Shown: positions 60,008 through 64,000 of the stretch, piece after piece | Numbering within the stretch: position 1 is the stretch's first letter | Layout of the letters: every line of letters starts with the position of its first letter | Translations under genes and position numbers: made by a program | Origin: Promethearchaeota archaeon | Lineage (GTDB): Archaea; Asgardarchaeota; Lokiarchaeia; Sigyniarchaeales; SOKP01 | Assembly: GCA_048937405.1 (NCBI GenBank) | Contig: JBHLNF010000003.1 | Location: 216,624-280,623 of the forward strand | Direction: 5' to 3' | DNA length: 64,000 bases | Notes under the pieces: model-generated | Told to the model about the DNA's origin: nothing | The model's input: the letters and a program-made list of their open reading frames with translations, nothing else | Databases searched by the model: none

Positions 60008-60847
60008 TTACATTCCCCCAGTGAATTTTGGTTCTCTTTTTTGTAGAAAGGCTTGGACACCTTCATTAACATCTTTAGATCCCGCATTTACTCCAAATCC
60101 TAACATTTCGAATTGGTTTCCAATTTCTATAGGTACTTGGGTTCCAAACTTTACTGCTTTCTTAATTAATAATAGAGCAGTTGTAGCTGCATTTCCTAAC
60201 AATGAAGATTTTTCATGAATAAGCTTTTCAAATTCTTCACCCTCGTCGCATAGATAACTTACATGTCCCCATTCAAGCATTTTGTCTGCTGGAACACGCT
60301 CTCCAAAATAGCACATATTTAGCGCTCGATTCACTCCTATACGTCTTGCCATTCTTTGAGTACCTCCATTTCCAGGGAAAATACCTCTTGCTATTTCAGG
60401 AAATCCAAAAAATGATCTTTTAGTCGCAAGAATTATATCACAAACAAGAGTTAATTCACATCCTCCTCCAAAAGCATAACCATCAACAGCTGCAATTACA
60501 GGTTTTGGAAATTGTTCAATCAAGCTATAATATCTGTGTTTTTGTTGCATAGAAATACTCCAATGAACTGGAATATTTGGTTTCATTCCTTTTCCCATAG
60601 GAGCAGCTAAATCAGCACCAGCAGAAAAAGCTGCTTTTTTTGTTACATTTTTTGTTCCTCGAATGACAATACATCTAACAGTACTATCAAGCTCGAATTG
60701 TTCCATTGCTTCATAAATTTCTCTTAAAGTTTGCGTTGTTAGGGCATTTAATTTATCTGGTCTATTAATCGAAATTACAGCATAATTACCTTCTTCATTC
60801 TTCTCTACTTCAACATGTTCAAATTTCTTTTCTGACATTCCTTCCAA
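60008..60847 (-). CDS. Enoyl-CoA hydratase/isomerase (crotonase) family
   Basis: FSAGADL and AAVDGYAFGGGCELTLVCD oxyanion-hole motifs. Confidence 0.85.
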   Translation of the reverse strand: MEGMSEKKFEHVEVEKNEEGNYAVISINRPDKLNALTTQTLREIYEAMEQFELDSTVRCIVIRGTKNVTKKAAFSAGADLAAPMGKGMKPNIPVHWSISMQQKHRYYSLIEQFPKPVIAAVDGYAFGGGCELTLVCDIILATKRSFFGFPEIARGIFPGNGGTQRMARRIGVNRALNMCYFGERVPADKMLEWGHVSYLCDEGEEFEKLIHEKSSLLGNAATTALLLIKKAVKFGTQVPIEIGNQFEMLGFGVNAGSKDVNEGVQAFLQKREPKFTGGM

Positions 60848-61016
60848 CCTCTTTTATATTGTTTTTAAAAATTATCAATATCTTGATTAAAAGATAATTA
60901 GTAATATTTTTACTAAAATTAAAAATTTGCAAATTGAATTGTCATTTTAAATTTTTAGAATTTAGACAGAATCAAAAAAAGAAAGAAAAAAAAGAGGAAT
61001 ATTAGATTTGATTTTA

Positions 61017-62201
61017 TTATTTCATCTCTACCCATTTACCAGATTTTAATAATTCACATGGTTTAAAATATTCTTTTCCTGTAAGTTCAACAAGCTCATT
61101 TAAAACTTCAACTTGTCTCTGCCATGTATTTACATTTGCAGCCATAGGCCCAGGCATATTCATCCCTGCTTTTAACGTCTCATCAATTACTTCCCAACTA
61201 GTTGTTACTCCTTCCTCTAAAACTCTGCATGCTTCATTTAACATAATTGCGATTGGATATTTCAACTGATAAATTTTCGCTTTACCTGCTTTTTTATCAA
61301 CTTGTGGTCTCCCTTTAGACCAATCTCGAAATCCTTGACCTGTTTTCATACCTAATTTTCCTTCATTATATAGTTTTGTTATTACTTTTCCAGGCGCAAA
61401 ATTAGGAGATAAGGTTTTAGAATAATACAATGCATTATGGTATATAACATCGATCCCAACAAAATCAGCTAGGATTGTCATTGACATAGGACCACCTAGG
61501 CCATCATTATCAAGTTGGTCCCAAGAGAAACCCTCTTCAGCGGCTCTATCAAAAACATAACTTTGATAAATTGTAACAGGAGCAGTAACTCGATTGCAGA
61601 TAAATCCAGGTCTATCCTTTAATACCTTTGCTATATATCTTTCTCCTCTAAGACAAGGTATCGATTTTGCAAATTCTATTCCTAAGTTAATGATTTCATC
61701 AGATGAATGCTCACTATAAATGACCTCAATCAATCTCATTAAAGGTACGGGATTAAAAAAGTGCATTCCAATACATTTATCTGGTCTCCCTGATTCTTTT
61801 CCAATATCAGTAATACTCATTGTAGAGGTGTTTGAGGCAAGTATACAGTGAGGTGGAGCATTATCACCGCAGGTTTTAAAAACTTGTTGTTTAACATCCA
61901 TTTTTTCAACAACTGCTTCAATCATTATATCTGCATCCTTTACTGCCGATGCTAAATCTGTTGATTTTTTACAATTTGCCATAAGATCAGCACCACTTTT
62001 TCCTTCTGGTAATGTCCCTTTTGCTTCGAGCTTTTTTATTCCCTCGTCAATTTTACTCCATCCTTTATCTACAAACTCATCTTTTATATCCACCATAGTA
62101 ACATTATAACCAGCTAACAGCGCCATTTGACCAACTCCATGGCCCATTTGGCCAGCACCTACCACTACTAAATTTTTAATATTAACCATTTTTTTTTCCA
62201 C
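61017..62201 (-). CDS. 3-hydroxyacyl-CoA dehydrogenase (NAD-binding + C-terminal domains)
   Basis: VVVGAGQMGHGVGQMALLAGYNV, SNTSTMSITD, HFFNPVPLMRLIEV. Confidence 0.85.
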   Translation of the reverse strand: MEKKMVNIKNLVVVGAGQMGHGVGQMALLAGYNVTMVDIKDEFVDKGWSKIDEGIKKLEAKGTLPEGKSGADLMANCKKSTDLASAVKDADIMIEAVVEKMDVKQQVFKTCGDNAPPHCILASNTSTMSITDIGKESGRPDKCIGMHFFNPVPLMRLIEVIYSEHSSDEIINLGIEFAKSIPCLRGERYIAKVLKDRPGFICNRVTAPVTIYQSYVFDRAAEEGFSWDQLDNDGLGGPMSMTILADFVGIDVIYHNALYYSKTLSPNFAPGKVITKLYNEGKLGMKTGQGFRDWSKGRPQVDKKAGKAKIYQLKYPIAIMLNEACRVLEEGVTTSWEVIDETLKAGMNMPGPMAANVNTWQRQVEVLNELVELTGKEYFKPCELLKSGKWVEMK

Positions 62202-62645
62202 CTATTTAGTTTTATTTTAAAATAAAATTTTTGTAAAGTTTAATTTAACATATGTTATATTTTTTTTTCAAATTTGATAATGAAATCGATTTTTTGAGTG
62301 AATTAATATACATATTCCATCAATTTCTCGACCATAGATTTAAAAACATTTTTTTTTTTTCATAAAATAGAATCTAGTTTGATTTTAGGATATAACGTCC
62401 CAATAAAAAATAGTTTAGATTAATAAACAAATAGAATTTATTTATGAAACATCATAAATATCTTAGAATTAATTGTTTTAAGTATAAAGTACAAATAATT
62501 ATAAATTTCAATTTAAAGGTTAGGTTAAAAAGAGGTTTGAAAAATAAAAATAGCTAAAATTTATGGGATTGATATCAAACTACATCTGTCAACTTTATTA
62601 ATTATAGTTTTAGTTGGCTTTTATTCAACAAATTTTTATCTTTCC

Positions 62646-63671
62646 TTGATATCAAATGCAACCATTATCGATTTAATAATTGTTGGTTTGTTAAATGGCT
62701 TGATATTACTGTTTTCAATTTTAATCCATGAATTAAGCCATTCAATTATGGCACAAAAATATGGACTTGAAGTTAAAGAAATTGAATTATACCTCTTTGG
62801 AGGTGTTTCAAAAATAGAAGAAGAACCTAGAACACCTAAATCTGAAATGATTATTTCAATAGTTGGACCATTATCAAGTTTATTAATTGGATTAGGATTG
62901 ATTTTATTATTTTTTCTACCTATCAACATGCCCACTATTCTTTCCATTACATTATTATATTCTGGTATTACAAATATCGGATTAGGTTTTTTTAATCTTA
63001 TACCTGCTTTTCCTATTGATGGTGGAAGAATATTAAGAGCTTATTTATGGAAAAGAAAAAATAATCTATTATCTGCTACGAAATTCACTACCAAGGTAGG
63101 AATAGTTATTAGTTATGGATTTATGATTTATGGTCTTCTCCAGATGTTTACTTTTGACCTTTTTAGTGGATTTTGGTTAGTACTTATTGGTTCTTTCTTG
63201 AACTCTTCTGCAAAGCAATCATATCAGCAAACTAAAAATGATTTTATTTTATCTAATATAACTGTCAAGGATATACTTAGCGTACCATTCAAGGGGATAC
63301 CAGTTGATAAATCTCTCAATCAAGCTATAAGAGATTATTTTATTCTTTATAAAAAATCATATTTCCCGGTAATTGATAATGATAAGATAATAGGAATAAT
63401 TTATTTTAAAGATATTAGAAACATACCGAACATAGAGCGAGAAAAATATAGTGTCGGTGAATTTATGAGAGGAATCTCTGAATTTCAATATATTGAAGAA
63501 GATCTATCTGGAAAGGAGGCTTTGAAAAAATTAAATAAATTAAGCTATGTTCCTCCACTTTTAATCGTAGAAGAAAAAAGTAGTAAAAAAGTAATTGGAT
63601 TTGTAGGAAAGAGTGATCTTATCTCATCTATAGAATTTTGGAGCCAGAATATAGACCAAAAGCAAACTTAA
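62646..63671 (+). CDS. Site-2 protease family M50 metalloprotease with CBS pair
   Basis: HELSHS (HExxH), NLIPAFPIDGGR, and a C-terminal CBS pair (ITVKDIL..FPVIDNDKIIGII). A conserved N-terminal segment continues in frame upstream to 62541 (see findings). Confidence 0.8.
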   Translation: MISNATIIDLIIVGLLNGLILLFSILIHELSHSIMAQKYGLEVKEIELYLFGGVSKIEEEPRTPKSEMIISIVGPLSSLLIGLGLILLFFLPINMPTILSITLLYSGITNIGLGFFNLIPAFPIDGGRILRAYLWKRKNNLLSATKFTTKVGIVISYGFMIYGLLQMFTFDLFSGFWLVLIGSFLNSSAKQSYQQTKNDFILSNITVKDILSVPFKGIPVDKSLNQAIRDYFILYKKSYFPVIDNDKIIGIIYFKDIRNIPNIEREKYSVGEFMRGISEFQYIEEDLSGKEALKKLNKLSYVPPLLIVEEKSSKKVIGFVGKSDLISSIEFWSQNIDQKQT

Positions 63672-63698
63672 TGGAATTATTTTACTGCAACTTATAAT

Positions 63699-63980
63699 TC
63701 AGTAATAAAATATTAGCTCCTCAATACAAAGATCTTTTTCAACATCATTTTCTAGATAATTTATTTCTACTTTCTTTAATTTACTACCTAATAATATTCT
63801 AAAAGCTGTTTCAAAATAACCTTTGTTTATTCTACAAAAAGCTTTACCAAATTTTAATTTTCCTCTATGTTTAATAGTTTCTCTTAGAAAACAATGGTTT
63901 TCAATAATTATTCTTACTTTTTCTGGGTATTGTTGAACTTCCCGAACCTGTAATGAATAAAATTCTTTAAGTTCATTCAT
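63699..63980 (-). CDS. Hypothetical small protein
   Basis: 93-aa ORF with an ATG start. No motif recognised. Confidence 0.3.
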   Translation of the reverse strand: MNELKEFYSLQVREVQQYPEKVRIIIENHCFLRETIKHRGKLKFGKAFCRINKGYFETAFRILLGSKLKKVEINYLENDVEKDLCIEELIFYY

Positions 63981-64000
63981 TAAGATTTCAAGAATTTCTA

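Noticed and set aside
1-64000. Searched the intergenic regions by eye for GC-rich islands typical of tRNA, rRNA or other structured RNAs in an AT-rich genome.
   Set aside because: No such island was seen. The only structured-RNA candidate retained is the SECIS-like hairpin at 19401-19446. A tRNAscan/Infernal run would be needed to be sure.

Overview
Visibly AT-rich (roughly 30% GC by eye), gene-dense archaeal chromosomal segment with about 47 credible CDS. I saw no rRNA, tRNA, CRISPR array, transposase or integrase. The gene content suggests an Asgard (Lokiarchaeia-like) archaeon. Anaerobic archaeal redox modules (HdrA/MvhD, tungsten AOR, an HdrC-GltD-HdrB fusion, geranylgeranyl reductase, PGF-CTERM-type surface proteins) sit among eukaryote-signature-type proteins: three tandem Rab/Ras-like small GTPases, a profilin-like protein, longin/roadblock-like domains, and LRR and TIR proteins. 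Main points follow. (1) hdrA and mvhD are missing or fragmented in the ORF track because they carry four in-frame UGA codons at conserved Cys positions (selenocysteine). A hand-folded kink-turn AUGA..AAA..GA hairpin, resembling a eukaryote-like SECIS, lies 15 nt after mvhD. (2) Three genes share a winged-helix (WH) module: LRR-WH-TIR, LRR-WH-unknown C-terminal domain, and an extracellular solute-binding domain-TM-coiled coil-WH-TIR protein that resembles a Toll-like receptor analogue. This is my best candidate for an undescribed sensing or immune-type system. (3) Three minimal MCP genes have divergent membrane N-termini but near-identical ~0.5 kb 3' cassettes. Two of them lie in a tandem segmental duplication that left two pseudogene scars. 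(4) There are several unusual fusions and duplications: an internally duplicated 1820-aa surface protein, a longin-like domain fused to a degenerate GTPase, and a HerA-like ATPase with a coiled-coil tail. All domain calls were made by eye from motifs in the supplied translations or my own translation; none has been verified by a database search.
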